A stretch of DNA of 64,000 nucleotides from Macrostomum hystrix. Lineage: Eukaryota; Animalia; Platyhelminthes. The position numbers and the translations under genes were made by a program. How positions within the stretch are numbered: position 1 is the stretch's first letter; every line of letters starts with the position of its first letter. The DNA is taken from assembly GCA_950097015.1 (NCBI GenBank), contig CATNEN010000038.1, positions 24,428,001 through 24,492,000 on the forward strand. Reading direction: 5' to 3'. Below are positions 24,995 through 38,600 of the stretch, in pieces. The notes below the pieces were generated by a model. It searched no databases, was not told the origin of the DNA, and worked only from the letters and a program-made list of their open reading frames with translations.

Positions 24995-25146
24995 TATACA
25001 GTATGCATGTACACGCGTATACATAAGGAAAATAGCCATGGCATAACAATAACAATGTCAAAGAAACAAAATTAAACTGTTTCAGAGTTCAGAGTTAGAC
25101 AGGTCAAGGTCAATTCGTGACTACTTTTCTATTAATTGCTTGCGAG

Positions 25147-25735
25147 TCACCTCAAGGCCTGGGGATACACCACATTCTTCGTTCTTCCCCTTGGTGCGAA
25201 AATGAATAGGCCAGCTGGAGTTCCAACACGGAAGCAGGCGACATAAAGCTGCCCATGCGAGAAGCAAGGAGTCTCCAGGTTGATGCCAGCCACCTTCAGC
25301 GACTGTCCCTGAGCCTTGTTAATAGTCATCGCAAAGCACACTCTCACAGGGAACTGCAGTCGCTTGGACTGAAATGGCAGGTCCGTGGGGATAATTGGAA
25401 TCCGGGGAACGAACACAGACTCTCCTCTGCCAGATCCAGTCATTATCGTGGCCTCAATCACGTGTGGGAAGAGCCGCCTGACTATCAGTCTGGTGCCGTT
25501 ACACAGCCTTGGCGCATTCAGGTTGCGGAGGAGCATAATTGGTGCCCCAACTTTCAGCTGCAAGTTGTGCGATGGAGTTCCAGGAGGATCTAGAGAGTTC
25601 AGAAACTCCACAGGATACTCCACAGCGGTGTCATCAGTCAACGTTGTATCAATTGACTTGTAGGTGAAAACTGCACCTGGCAACTCCTGAAGCAGTTGGT
25701 AGTTAATTTCGTTGGCGGCATCATTTCTAGTACTG
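25147..25735 (-). pseudogene. C-terminal fragment of Helitron RepHel PIF1-family SF1B helicase
   Basis: LLRNLNAPRLCNGTRL, PRIP, RLQFPVRVCFAMTINKAQGQSL, FSHGQLYVAC, TKNVVY; Rep domain and helicase motifs I-III absent. Confidence 0.9.
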
Positions 25736-26906
25736 TCTAACCCAAATATCGACCGGAGAGCCCTGCGCACTGGGACGCCACCGCACTCACCACACTCAGT
25801 CTCAGTGCTGCTTGGGGGCCAGTAGACAGTCTAGGGGTTTGGGCTGTGTACATTCACGGCTTGAAATACAATGTACAGTCTGGGGCTTCGGCGCCCGGGG
25901 AAGGGAGGGGGTGGCTGTAATAAAATTTGGCCCGCAGAGTGGCGGAGGGGAGTTGGGGTGGCTGTCCTCGGAAAACAAAAAGTGACTCACTTTGAGATGA
26001 TGCAGCTTTGCTCTGGATTGAGTAGAGATGTTCAAAATTGACAGCATTGTTGGAAAACATGTAAAGTGTAAGTGGATCAAATTTGGAGAAAATCTGACAA
26101 AGTGGGGCGACGATATGTCGAATTGAGTGATTTTTTGACGATTTTTGAGCAGTTTTTTGCACTTTTGAGCAGGAAGGAAATGATTTTTCGGGAATTTGAG
26201 TAGCCTATTGCACTCAGCGTAGGTGGTTTTAGGTATGTGCAAAGTTTGGTGCGATTTGGTTGAGCGGTTTCGGCGTCTATAAAGACAAAAGGTTGCACAC
26301 ACACACACACACACAGACAGACAGAGTTTTCACTTTTATATATATAGATTAGGGCCTAATATAATAGCCCTAATCCCTAGTGCATTGATAAGCTGATTTC
26401 ACTAGTGTAAAGAAAACTAGATTTTAGGAGTTTTACGTGCACTTTCTAGATAGTTTGCTTTCATTGATTAGATTTAAAATAATCAAGACAAAGTCTGTAT
26501 GTAAATTTGATTCTGATGTTTTCTTTTTATTTAAGGATACATATTATTCTAGTTGGATAGGACACTCTTGGATTGGGCAGAAATGAAGTATAGTTTTGGA
26601 TGTAATTTCAGGGTTTTTGTATATTTTTATGGGGATTCCATCTAACCCTAATTAAGTAAACTAGGATTTTTCCTAAACATTCTATTCATGCTATTAATTG
26701 AAATATGTAAACTATTGTAATTGTAAAGATGCTTGTTTATGTAAGTCACTTATTACGAATTCATGTTTTCAACTTTAGGTAAATTTTAGATGTACTATAA
26801 ATATATGTGGAAATAAATCAACCTTGATATAACAAAATTACAGCTTACTAAAGTACAGACAGCATAACTACACATTTTTCACCTGACAACTGATCATTAA
26901 AAAGAG

Positions 26907-29900
26907 ATGAAGATCAACAAAGTGCTTATCAAACCTAAGATTTTGTATTTCCTATTCCTAAGCATTGTATCCAGCCTTATTATATATGTGAACATGTTTC
27001 TGACCCAGAAGGGTATTAGCGAATTTGAAATTGGTCTAATTGACACAGTTTGCTACATTGTTGGATTTCTAATGCGTCCAGTGTGCGGCGCCATAGCCGA
27101 CAGATACAGAGCCTATAGATCTGTGCTGCTAGTTTCCATGGTTCTAACTGTGATTGGTTTCAACGGATTGCTACTTCTGCCGCAGCAACCGCAACAGCCT
27201 ACTTGGCACTTGAGCATCTTTGATGGATTAAGTCGCAATAAAACAACCTACAAGTCAAATAGTTTAGTCTGCATTGTAATTAAGTCTATTAACAAAAATG
27301 ACACCACGATGCAGCCATCAGCGTTGTGCAATTGCAATGCCAATTCTGGAAACTATTCCATGTTGGACACTGATAGACTAAACTTTGTAAAGCCTCAAAC
27401 CAATGGACTGTGCTCATTCTATAATATAATTGGCACTAATGGCACCATTTCGAATGCCAAGGCGTGGCTAGATGAGCTGGCTAGTGACAGTTTTACTTGT
27501 CAGACTTGTCCAGAAAGCACCTATAGATCATCTTGGAATGCAGTATTCTTCTTGGCCTTGATCTTGAAGACGATCGGTCTGGCTGGATATTCACCACTGC
27601 TCTGCCTGTTGGACTCGGTTACTTTCTCACTGTTGGGGTCGAAGCACAATCAGTATGGTTGGACTCGAATGTACGGCAGTTTTGGATTCTTTTTCACTGC
27701 ACTAATCACCGGATTTGCTCTGTACGGCTACAGTATGGCTTGGAGCTTGGGTACAAATTATACGGCCTCGTTTATTATTGCTACGGCTCTGCTTGCTGCT
27801 GCCGGCGCTGTCACCGTGACATTGAAGGTACACCCCTTCATATATAGCTTAGAGCTCTGTCATAATACATTAGTGTTTCATGTTGCAGCAGGGTTAAACA
27901 CATCTATCACAACAGAGGGATAAAGACCTAAAGAAACAGACGGTTGAATATTGAATAAAGAGTAATAAAGATCTAAACCAACAGATGGATAAAGAACTAA
28001 ACCAACAGTAGCTTAAAGACCCAAACAAACAGTGGAATTAGGACCCAAACCAATAGATCGATAAAGACCTTAACCAGCAAAGTAAAGTCTCAAACCAGCA
28101 GAGGAATAATAACAAAGACCTAAGCACACTCCGGGTTAAAGACATGAACGATTGATTCATAAAAAATTAATAATGGGTCCACATTCGCGCCGCTAACAAT
28201 TTAACGAACATCGCCGTTTAGGTGCCAACATCCACTAGAATGCTTAATCCACTGAAGGCGCTGCCGTTAATGTGTTTATCCTGGCGTGTTGGAATCTTCT
28301 TTGTCCTAGTTCTACTGGCCGGAGCTTGCTTCGGAGTGTTTGAATCATTCCTAGCTGTAATTCTCTACCAGATGTTTAGACCGCCGTCCTATTTCTTTGG
28401 CATTATGTTTGCCGTACAGGTAAATTTATAACTATATTGTTTGATGTACTATGTACTACGACGATAAGATAATAAATAGCTTAAGGATTAAATAGAAACG
28501 ATCTTCAGTTTTAAGCTAAAGAAGTATTTACTCGTACCCCTACCCCTACTAAAGAGTCAGGGGTCGGTTGCCTAAATCCGGCCCATCGCCCCTTCCGATA
28601 CCTATAGAATCCGGTTTCACATTTCCCCTGTCTCACCTCTCCCGTGTCTCACCTTTCCCCTGTATCATCTCTCACGTGTCTCACCTTTCCCGTGTCTCAT
28701 CTCTCACGTGTCTTATCTCTCCCTGTCTCATCTTTCCCACGTCTCATCTCTTCCGTGTCTCATTTCTCCCCTGTCTCATTTCTCCCCTGTCTCCTCTCTC
28801 CGTATCTCATCTTTCCCTGTCTCATCTTTCCCTGTCTCATCTTTCCCCTGTCTTATCTCTACCCTGTCTCATCTCTCCCGTGTCTCATCTTTCCCCTGTC
28901 TCATCTCTCCCGTGTCTCATCTCTCCCGTGTCTCATCTCTCCGGTGTCTCATCTCTCCCGTATCTCATCTCTTCCGTGTCTCATCTCTCCCCGGTTTCAT
29001 CTCTCCCGTGTCTTATCTCTCCCCGGTTTCATCTCTCCCGTGTCTCATCTCTCCCGTGTCTCATCTCTCCCCGGTTTCATCTCTCCCCGGTTTCATCTCT
29101 TCCCTGTCTCATCTCTCCCGTGTCTCATCTCTCCCCGGTTTCATCTCTCCCCGGTTTCATCTCTTCCCTGTCTCATCTCTCCCGTGTCTCTGCATATTTC
29201 TACAATCGATGCGGCCGGCTGTAGTCTGTTAGGTTCTCTCTTTGGCCCGTTAGTTAATAATTTAGCCGACCTCTCGATTAGAGCTTTGGAATTTGGAGTT
29301 CGAATTTCTGCCTAGAGACAACTATTTTCTTGAGCACTAAACAATTGCTTCTGGCTCAGCTGGTTAATGTGTCGGATCTATTCTAATATGAAGTTTAACA
29401 TTTGATTGGTCAGGTTCTTGTCGAAGCTCCATTATTCGCTCTATCCGGTCTGACTGTAAGTCGCATCGGTGAACCGGCTTGCTTTGTAATCGGATTCGCG
29501 GCTTTCGCTCTGCGTTTCCTGCTTACCAGCCTAGTGCCAAACTGTTGGCTGCTGCTGCCTGTGAACTGTCTGCACGGATTCTCGTTCGGCCTCATGTTCC
29601 CGGCTATGCTGGTGTTCGCGGCGAGGCAGGCTCCCGAGGGTTGGCAGGGAACTGTGCAGGTTAGTGAGCTCTGCCCATCCCCAAATCATCAGATCCTTTA
29701 CCAAGCTCTCCTCCGATCCTGGATTGGAGCTTTACCTGAGTCCCAGATCCTCAGATCCTAGACTGCAGCTCTCCTCAGATCCTCAGATCCTTGACTGCAG
29801 CTCTCCTCAGATCCTTGACTGCAGCTCTCCTCAGATCCTTGACTGCAGCTCTCCTCAGATCCTTGACTGCAGCTCTCCTCAGATCCTTGACTGCAGCTCT

Positions 29901-31179
29901 CCTCAGATCCTTGACTGCAGCTCTCCTCAGATCCTTGACTGCAGCTCTCCTCAGATCCTTAGATCCTTGACTGCAGCTCTCCTCAGATCCTCAGTTCCTT
30001 GACTGCAGCTCTCCTCAGATCCTCAGATGTTAGACTGCAGCTCTCCTCAGATCCTTGACTGCAGCTCTCCTCAGATCCTTGACTGCAGCTCTCCTCAGAT
30101 CCTTGACTGCAGCTCTCCTCAGATCCTTGACTGCAGCTCTCCTCAGATCCTTGACTGCAGCTCTCCTCAGATCCTTGACTGTAGCTCTCCTCAGATCCTT
30201 GACTGCAGCTCTCCTCAGATCCTCAGATGTTAGACTGCAGCTCTCCTCAGATCCTTGACTGCAGCTCTCCTCAGATCCTCAGATGTTAGACTGCAGCTCT
30301 CCTCAGATCCTTGACTGCAGCTCTCCTCAGATCCTTGACTGCAGCTCTCCTCAGATCCTTGACTGCAGCTCTCCTCAGATCCTTGACTGCAGCTCTCCTC
30401 AGATCCTTGACTGCAGCTCTCCTCAGATCCTCAGATGTTAGACTGCAGCTCTCCTCAGATCCTTGACTGCAGCTCTCCTCAGATCCTTGACTGTAGCTCT
30501 CCTCAGATCCTTGACTGCAGCTCTCCTCAGATCCTCAGATGTTAGACTGCAGCTCTCCTCAGATCCTTGACTGCAGCTCTCCTCAGATCCTTGACTGCAG
30601 CTCTCCTTAGATTCTTGACTGCAGCTCTCCTCAGATTCTTGACTGCAGCTCTCCTCAGATCCTTGACTGCAGCTCTCCTCAGATCCTTGACTGCAGCCCT
30701 CCTCAGATCCTTGACTGTAGCTCTCCTCAGATCCTTGAGTGCAGCCCTCCTCAGATTCTTGACTGCAGCTCTCCTCAGATCCTTGACTGCAGCTCTCCTC
30801 AGATCCTCATACCCTATGCACAAGGTTGCTAATTCCGTTTATTCCTAAACACCAGGGCCTCGTATCCGGTATCTACTTTGGTGTCGGCCAAGCTCTCGGC
30901 GTGCTAACTTCCGGCGCTCTAATTCATCTCCATGGCAACAGGGTGACGCTACAAATCTGGTCCGGTGTGTCGTTGGTCTTCGGCGCAGTGGCGGCGTGTC
31001 ACATGCTGGCTATGCGCATCTGGCCGGCGCCTTCGATGTCGGCGCCGAGAGGTGACGTGTCGCTACCTATTAATTTGGCGGAGACCACCCAAGATGCAAC
31101 TGTGGCTGACTTCAAAGATAATGCCAAAATCACTGACAATGACACGGAATTAGCCAAGCCGCTTAATCGGTCCATCTAA
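26907..31179 (+). CDS. Major facilitator superfamily transporter, MFSD6-like (MFS_1_like)
   Basis: Exons 26907-27827, 28222-28419, 29414-29659, 30856-31179, all phase 0 (~562 aa). Motifs KILYFLF, RPVCGAIADRYR, Cys/N-glycan-rich loop after TM3, YGWTRMYGSFGF, EAPLFALSG..RIG, LHGFSFGL, GTVQGLVSGIYFGVGQALG. Confidence 0.88.
28625..29190. repeat. Pyrimidine-rich ~19-bp minisatellite (GTGTCTCATCTCTCCC..) in MFS intron 2
   Basis: Direct; reverse-complement relative of 38210-39030. Confidence 0.85.
29745..30808. repeat. 24-bp minisatellite (GACTGCAGCTCTCCTCAGATCCTT) in MFS intron 3
   Basis: Direct. Confidence 0.95.
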
Positions 31180-32219
31180 ATTATTTTGGCAATCTGTTTG
31201 AAACGGCGGCATAGGTTCAATGACGATTTCAATTCCATTTTTTCTCGGAAAACTTTAAGGAACTTTAACTTTCAACTTCTAAGAACCTTACGTATTAGAA
31301 ATTTAATTATCTGCCGGCGAACTTCAAAGACACGTAAAAACGATAAATATTATCTGCCGCCCATCTTCAAAGGCCCATGCAAACGAAGTCAGTTTAGAAA
31401 AATGATCTGCCAATGCAATTAAACATAGTTTTATTCGTTGTCCCATGCTATATATTTGAGCTTCGAGTGGAAAATTTTCGACCAATTCAACTGACAATTT
31501 ACGTGCTCAAGTTAAAATAACATTTAAAACCGTTGTTTTGTTTTACACATGCTTAGTTGTTATGCATTCGTTTATTTGATTGGTCACAATATAAATGTAA
31601 GTCGCTTTCACCAGTAGTTTATACGCGTTAGCGCCTACTCATAAAACGCCAAGTAAGTAGCCGCATACGTTTGGTACAAATTTTGTACCCTTTGTATTTT
31701 GTCTTACGTCAGGTTACAACTTGTTAATTGTATTTGTCAATTAGCAGTTTTTCCCCATAAAAATACTTATTTTTTGTAAAGTACTTTTACACTTTGATAG
31801 CTAGCTTCACTTTATCTGATGACTTGCTTGAAGTTTTTCACTACAAATTATACTAAAATCTTTTAATATTTAATTATAAAAAACAAGTACTTATTTAACT
31901 TTCTGTTGTTCAAAAATTAATCGTGTCTTTTACCCATTCTAAAAAATGTATTGTCTAGCTTTTCCCAATAGTTATGTTAACAACAAATCACAATTAAACT
32001 TTTTTGTTTGTAACTTCTTCGTTATTTATTCAAATAAACAAAGCGTTGCTTTTTGTCTTTTAGTTCTCTAAAAACTGATTTTCTCAGACTTCACTTTTTT
32101 AATTATTTCTCTTCACTGAGTCATTGATAACTGAGTGACTCCCGATGAGTCATGGAGTGGTCATTGATAACTGAGTGAGTCCTGATGAGTCATGGAGTGG
32201 TCATTAATAACTGAGTGAG

Positions 32220-32550
32220 TCTCTTTAGTACTTCTAGTACTTTTAATACTTAGTACTTTAGTACTTTTAGTACTTTAGTACTTTTAGTACTTTAGTACTT
32301 TAGTACTTTTAGTACTTTAGTACTTTTAGTACTTTAGTACTTTTAATACTTAGTACTTTAGTACTTTTAGTACTTTAGTACTTTTAGTACTTTAGTACTT
32401 TTAGTACTTTAGTACTTTTAGTACTTCTAGTACTTTTAATACTTAGTACTTTAGTACTTTAGTACATTTAGTACTTTTGTACTTTTAGTAATTTAGTACT
32501 TTTAGTACTTTAGTACTTTTCATACTTTTAGTACTTTAGTACTTTGGTCA
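32220..32550. repeat. 8/9-bp AGTACTTT(T) array upstream of NFXL1
   Basis: Direct. Confidence 0.9.
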
Positions 32551-32678
32551 TAGATAACTGATGAGTCCCTTTAGTACTTTTAGTCAAATAAGTTATTTTT
32601 GTAAGAGTACTCCCAAACAGTCTTTACCTTAAAACCAAATCAATTAAATTTCAGCGCTTTTAGTTGACAATCATTACA

Positions 32679-35600
32679 ATGTCCTCGGCCTGGACTGACT
32701 CCGATCGTGTGGATCGAATTCTTCGATCAATCACAGCCGACTATTGCGATAGCGGCAGCGGCGAACTCCTGGCAGCATCAAACGGTGCCCTAGAAGCTGT
32801 TCGAGCCGTCATGGACAATGTCGCAGAATCTGACGGTGGTCAAAGCTGTTTAGTTTGCATTGAAGACATGGGCTCTAAACAGGCCATCTGGTCATGTCCG
32901 GCTTGCTACGTGTGCCTTCATCTGGCCTGCATTCAGCGGTGGATTCGCAGCCTTACTGTCAGTTCAGACAGCGCAACGGAGAACTGGACCTGTCCAAATT
33001 GTCGAGCCGAATTTCAACCAATCGACGTGCCTAGGCGGTACACATGCTATTGCGGCAAGGCGCAAGATCCGGAATTTGATCCCTGGCTAGTGCCGCATTC
33101 GTGCGGTAGTCGGTGCGATCGCTTGCTGACCTGCGGCGGATCAGGGCACACCTGCTTGCTGCTGTGCCATCCGGGCAGGTGTCCGCCTTGTCCTCGCACC
33201 GAGTCGGTCGTCTGTCACTGCGGTAACGGCGGCATCCGACAGATGCGCTGCAGTCAGACCTGGTGGGTGATTTGTCTGCCGGTTGCTTTGCGCACCTTTC
33301 TGTCATTGTTCTGAAGTAATTGACGATCTTGACGTTATCGACGATCCTGAAGAGTCTAGAAACCATTCTGAAGTCATTGACCGATTCTGAAGTCATTGAC
33401 CGATTCTGAAGTCATTGACCGATTCTGAAGTCATTGACCAATTCTGAAGTCATTGACCAATTCTGAAGTCATTGACCGATTCTGAAGTCATTGACCAATT
33501 CTGAAGTCATTGACCGATTCTGAAGTCATTGACCGATTCTAAAGTCATTGACCAATTCTGAAGTCATTGACCAATTCTGAAGTCATTGACCAATTCTGAA
33601 GTCATTGACCGATCCTGAAGTCATTGACCGATTCTGAAGTCATTGACCAATTCTGAAGTCATTGACCAATTCTGAAGTCATTGACCAATTCTGAAGTCAT
33701 TGACCAATTCTGAAGTCATTGACCAATTCTGAAGTCATTGACCAATTCTGAAGTCATTGACCAATTCTGAAGTCATTGACCAATTCTGAAGTCATTGACC
33801 AATTCTGAAGTCATTGACCAATTCTGAAGTCATTGACCAATTCTGAAGTCATTGACCAATTCTGAAGTCATTGACCGATTCTGAAGTCATTGACCAATTC
33901 TGAAGTCATTGACCAATTCTGAAGTCATTGACCGATTCTGAAGTCATTCTCATATCCTAGAGTCATTCACATATTCTGATGTCATCGCCGATGATGAAGT
34001 CATTCACATGTCCTAAAGTAGTCCGACGTCCTGAAATTATGTGCTGTCCTAAAATTGTGTCGTTCACACCTTCAAAAAAACGTTTTCACACGTTAAAAAT
34101 GGGAAAAAATTGTTTAGGTCATGCGAAAAGCCCTGCCATCATCGTCTACCTGACTGCCAACACCGCTGTCCCGTCACGTGTCACCCTGGCCAGTGTCAGC
34201 CGTGCTCCGTCCAGCTTAGCAATGTACCTTGCCGATGCGGCTCTGAGCAGCTCAAACAGGTACTATGCTCAAAGCGCGATTGGCAATGCGAAAATATCTG
34301 CGGCCGAAGCCTCAGCTGCGGCCATCACGCCTGCCAGAAAGTCTGCCACTCAGGCGACTGTGGCTCCTGTCCTCTATCCGGTGCCAGGACCTGCCCGTGC
34401 GGCAAGCTGCCACTGCCAGGCTTGACTTGCACCGACACCGCCGTGACAACCTGTTCAGATACCTGCGCCAAATCACTGGCCTGCGGTAGGCACCAGTGCC
34501 CTGATCAGTGCCACCTGGGACCCTGTCCACCATGCCGAGAGATGGTGCGAAAGGCTTGCCGATGTGGCAAAACTGTGCGCGAGACTCAGTGCCACAAACA
34601 GGTGGGTTTGGTTTTGTGTTCTAGTTTGTTCTAGTGTAGGATAATTCCTGTTGTAGATAGTGTCAGATAATGTCAGTTCTATAGTGTCAGATAATGTCAG
34701 TTCTATATTGTCAGATAATGTCAGTTCTATAGTGTCCAGATAATGTCAGTTCTATATTGTCAGATAATGTCAGTTCTATAGTGTCAGATAATGTCAGTTC
34801 TATGGTGTCAGATAATGTCAGTTCTATATTGTCATATAATGTCAGTTCTATAGTGTCAGATAATGTCAGTTCTATAGTGTCAGATAATGTCAGTTCTATA
34901 TTGTCAGATAATGTCAGTTCTATAGTGTCAGATAATGTCAGTTCTATGGTGTCAGATAATGTCAGTTCTATAGTGTCAGATAATGTCAGTTCTATAGTGT
35001 CAGATAATGTCAGTTCTATAGTGTCAGATAATGTCAGTTCTATATTGTCAGATAATGTCAGTTCTATAGTGTCAGATAATGTCAGTTCTATAGTGTCAGA
35101 TAATGTCAGTTCTATAGTGTCAGATAATGTCAGTTCTATAGTGTCAGATAATGTCAGTTCTATATTGTCAGATAATGTCAGTTCTATAGTGTCAGATAAT
35201 GTCAGTTCTATGGTGTCAGATAATGTCAGTTCTATAGTGTCAGATAATGTCAGTTCTATAGTGTCAGATAATGTCAGTTCTATAGTGTCCAGATAATGTC
35301 AGTTCTATAGTGTCAGATAATGTCAGTTCTATAGTGTCAGATAATGTCAGTTCTATATTGTCAGATAATGTCAGTTCTATAGTGTCAGATAATGTCAGTT
35401 CTATAGTGTCAGATAATGTCAGTTCTATAGTGTCAGATAATGTCAGTTCTATAGTGTCCAGATAATGTCAGTTCTATATTGTCAGATAATGTCAGTTCTA
35501 TAGTGTCAGATAATGTCAGTTCTATGGTGTCAGATAATGTCAGTTCTATAGTGTCAGATAATGTCAGTTCTATAGTGTCAGATAATGTCAGTTCTATAGT

Positions 35601-38600
35601 GTCAGATAATGTCAGTTCTATAGTGTCAGATAATGTCAGTTCTATAGTGTCCAGATAATGTCAGTTCTATATTGTCAGATAATGTCAGTTCTATAGTGTC
35701 AGATAATGTCAGTTCTATATTGTCAGATAATGTCAGTTCTATAGTGTCAGATAATGTCAGTTCTATGGTGTCAGATAATGTCAGTTCAATAGTGTCAGAT
35801 AATGTCAGTTCTATAGTGTCCAGATAATGTCAGTTCTATAGTGTCAGATAATGTCAGTTCTATAGTGTCAGATAATGTCAGTTCTATAGTGTCAGATAAT
35901 GTCAGTTCTATAGTGTCAGATAATGTCAGTTCTATAGTGTCAGATAATGTCAGTTCTATAGTGTCAGATAATGTCAGTTCTTTGGTGTCAGATAATGTCA
36001 GTTCTATAGTGTCCAGATAATGTCAGTTATGTAGTGTCCAGATAATGTCAGTTCTATGGTGTCACGCTCGATAAGCCTCTATGTTAGTGTCAGAGACTGC
36101 CTGCTCATTAGCTTTAGATTATCAGGAGATTATCTCAAATGCTCATAGGCGAATGATGCTGGTTTTTCAAATGCCGTTAACCTCAGATCACCTGCGAAGT
36201 GAAGTGCGGCAGAGACCGGGGCTGCGGTCGGCACCAGTGCAAGCGCCGCTGCTGCCCCGGCGGTTGTCCGCCCTGCGACGCTGTGTGCGGCAGGCCCCTG
36301 AACTGCGGCCAGCACAAATGCCAGAGTCCATGCCACAGCGGACCGTGCTATCCGTGCACTGAGAGGAAGGTGAGACATACTGACCTATCTACTGACCTAT
36401 TTAATGACCTACTTACTGACCTACCCACTTAAACATCTACTGACCTATCTGCTGACCTATCTACTGCCCTATCTACTGTCCTACCTACTGACCAAACTAC
36501 TGTCCTACCTACTGACCTATTTACTGCCCTATACTGACCTACCAAGTGTCCTACCTACTGACCTATCTAATTACTTCTGATTTGCCCAATGACCCCCTGA
36601 CACACCTATGTACCTACATATCTAAGCAATCTTGCGTCTTTCCTCAATTCTCCCAGGTGATCGCCTGCCCGTGCGGCTTCGCCCGAATCGCTCACGCCTG
36701 CGGCAGTCGTGGTTCGGCTCCCCGTCCGCCGCGTTGTCCCCGACCGTGCCTAGCCGGGCCAGACTGTCAGCATCCGGCCCGAGCACCGCATACCTGTCAT
36801 CCTGGCGACTGTCCGCCATGTCGGCTAGTCTGCGGCGCGAGCCTGCCATGTAGCCACCCCTGCCAATCCCCCTGTCACACTGCTCGCATGGTTACTATTC
36901 GGCGCGAAGTGCGCGGGCCATGGGACGGCCCGCAGGAGGTTCAAGAGGTTCGCTGCCTACCCTGTCCGCCTTGTCGAACACTCGTGCCAATTAACTGTCT
37001 GGGCGGCCACGAGCTGACCGAGGCCCCCTGCTGCGAGGCTAAGCCGAGACCGTGCGGTCGCAAATGCGCAGCTGAGCTGGATTGCGGCAGGCATCGATGC
37101 GAGTTGGATTGTCACAAGCTGGTGCGTTTTGTTCTGTCTGGCTATTTTTAATTCTGTGAATCTAGGATTCTGTGAATCTAGGATTCTGTGAATCTAGGAT
37201 TCTGTGAATCTAGGATTCTGTGAATCTAGGATTCTGTGAATCTAGGATTCTGTGAATCTAGGATTCTGTGAATCTAGGATTCTGTGAATCTAGGATTCTG
37301 TGAATCTAGGATTCTGTGAATCTAGGATTCTGTGAATCTAGGATTCTGTGAATCTAGGATTCTGTGAATCTAGGATTCTGTGAATCTAGGATTCTGTGAA
37401 TCTAGGATTCTGTGAATCTAGGATTCTGTGAATCTAGGATTCTGTGAATCTAGGATTATGTGAATCTAGGATTCTGTGAATCTAGGATTCTGTGAATCTA
37501 CGATTCTGTGAATCTAGGATTATGTGAATCTAGGATTCTGTGAATCTAGGATTCTGTGAATCTAGGATTATGTGAATCTAGGATTCTGTGAATCTAGGAT
37601 TCTGTGAATCTAGGATTCTGTGAATCTAGGATTCTGTGAATCTAGGATTCTGTGAATCTAGGATTCTGTGAATCTAGGATTCTGTGAATCTAGGATTCTG
37701 TGAATCTAGGATTATGTGAATCTAGGATTCTGTGAATCTTCGATTCTGTGAATCTAGGATTCTGTGAATCTAGGATTCTGTGAATCTAGGATTCTGTGAA
37801 TCTAGGATTCTGTGAATCTAGAATCTACTCGTAATATTATCCTTAGAATCTGTCCTTAGAAATAGAAAAAGAGGTGCTTAGAAAACGAAAGGCTACACGC
37901 ATGTCCGCATGTATGCTCAAATTAGCAACCATGGGTTTGTTAATTTTAGGCTTAACTCCCTGATTTATGGCTCAATTCTTGTATTATTAGGTGCTTCAGT
38001 TGCGGCAGAAAAAAAAACAATTTCTTTAAGCAATATATAGATCTGCTTGACTTGACTAATTCTGTCTTATGAAGTTATACTGCTTCGCTGACTTCGCTAT
38101 TACCAGTTGGCTTGCATGCGTTCCGTCTGGTCAGAAAGAAATTACATTTTGTTCTATCAATGTTCTGTTAATGTTCTTCTAGGCTTTCCTGGCAGCATTG
38201 ATCCGGAAATTAAAATGAGACATAAGATTGTGGAGAGATAGGGCAGGGGAGAGAAGAGACATAGGAGAAATGAGACATAGAGAGATTATCCACGAGAGAG
38301 ATAAGACTGGGGAGAGATGAGACAAGGGGAGAGATGAGACAAGGGGGAGATGAGACAAGGGAGAGATGAGACAAGGGGAAGATAAGACTGGGGAGAGATG
38401 AGACAAGGGGGGGAGATGAGACAAGGGGAAATGAGACAAGAGGAAGATAAGACTGGGGAGAGATGAGACAAGGGAGAGGTGAGACAAGGGGGAGATGAGA
38501 CAAGGGAGAGATGATACAAGGGGGAGATGAGACAAGGGGAGAGATAAGACAGGGAGATAAGACAAGGGGGAGATAAGACAGGGGAGAGATGATACAAGGG

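Larger units (their letters stand above)
24525..26348 (-). mobile_element. Non-autonomous Helitron (~1.8 kb) with both termini intact
   Basis: Minus strand: host A | 5' TCTATATATATAAAAG..(TCTG)n(TG)n ... GC hairpin TGCCCC-AAAAACAA-CGGGCA (24536-24555), short spacer, CTAG 3' | host T. No TSD. Internal PIF1 helicase remnant. Confidence 0.9.

Noticed and set aside
25802-26314. 170-aa ORF in the Helitron 5' region as a captured host gene
   Set aside because: Starts in a (TG)n microsatellite and has no recognisable domain; consistent with non-coding Helitron 5' sequence.
32120-32575. CTGATGAG hammerhead ribozyme cores at about 32182 and 32558
   Set aside because: No stem II followed by GAAA; part of a short degenerate repeat.
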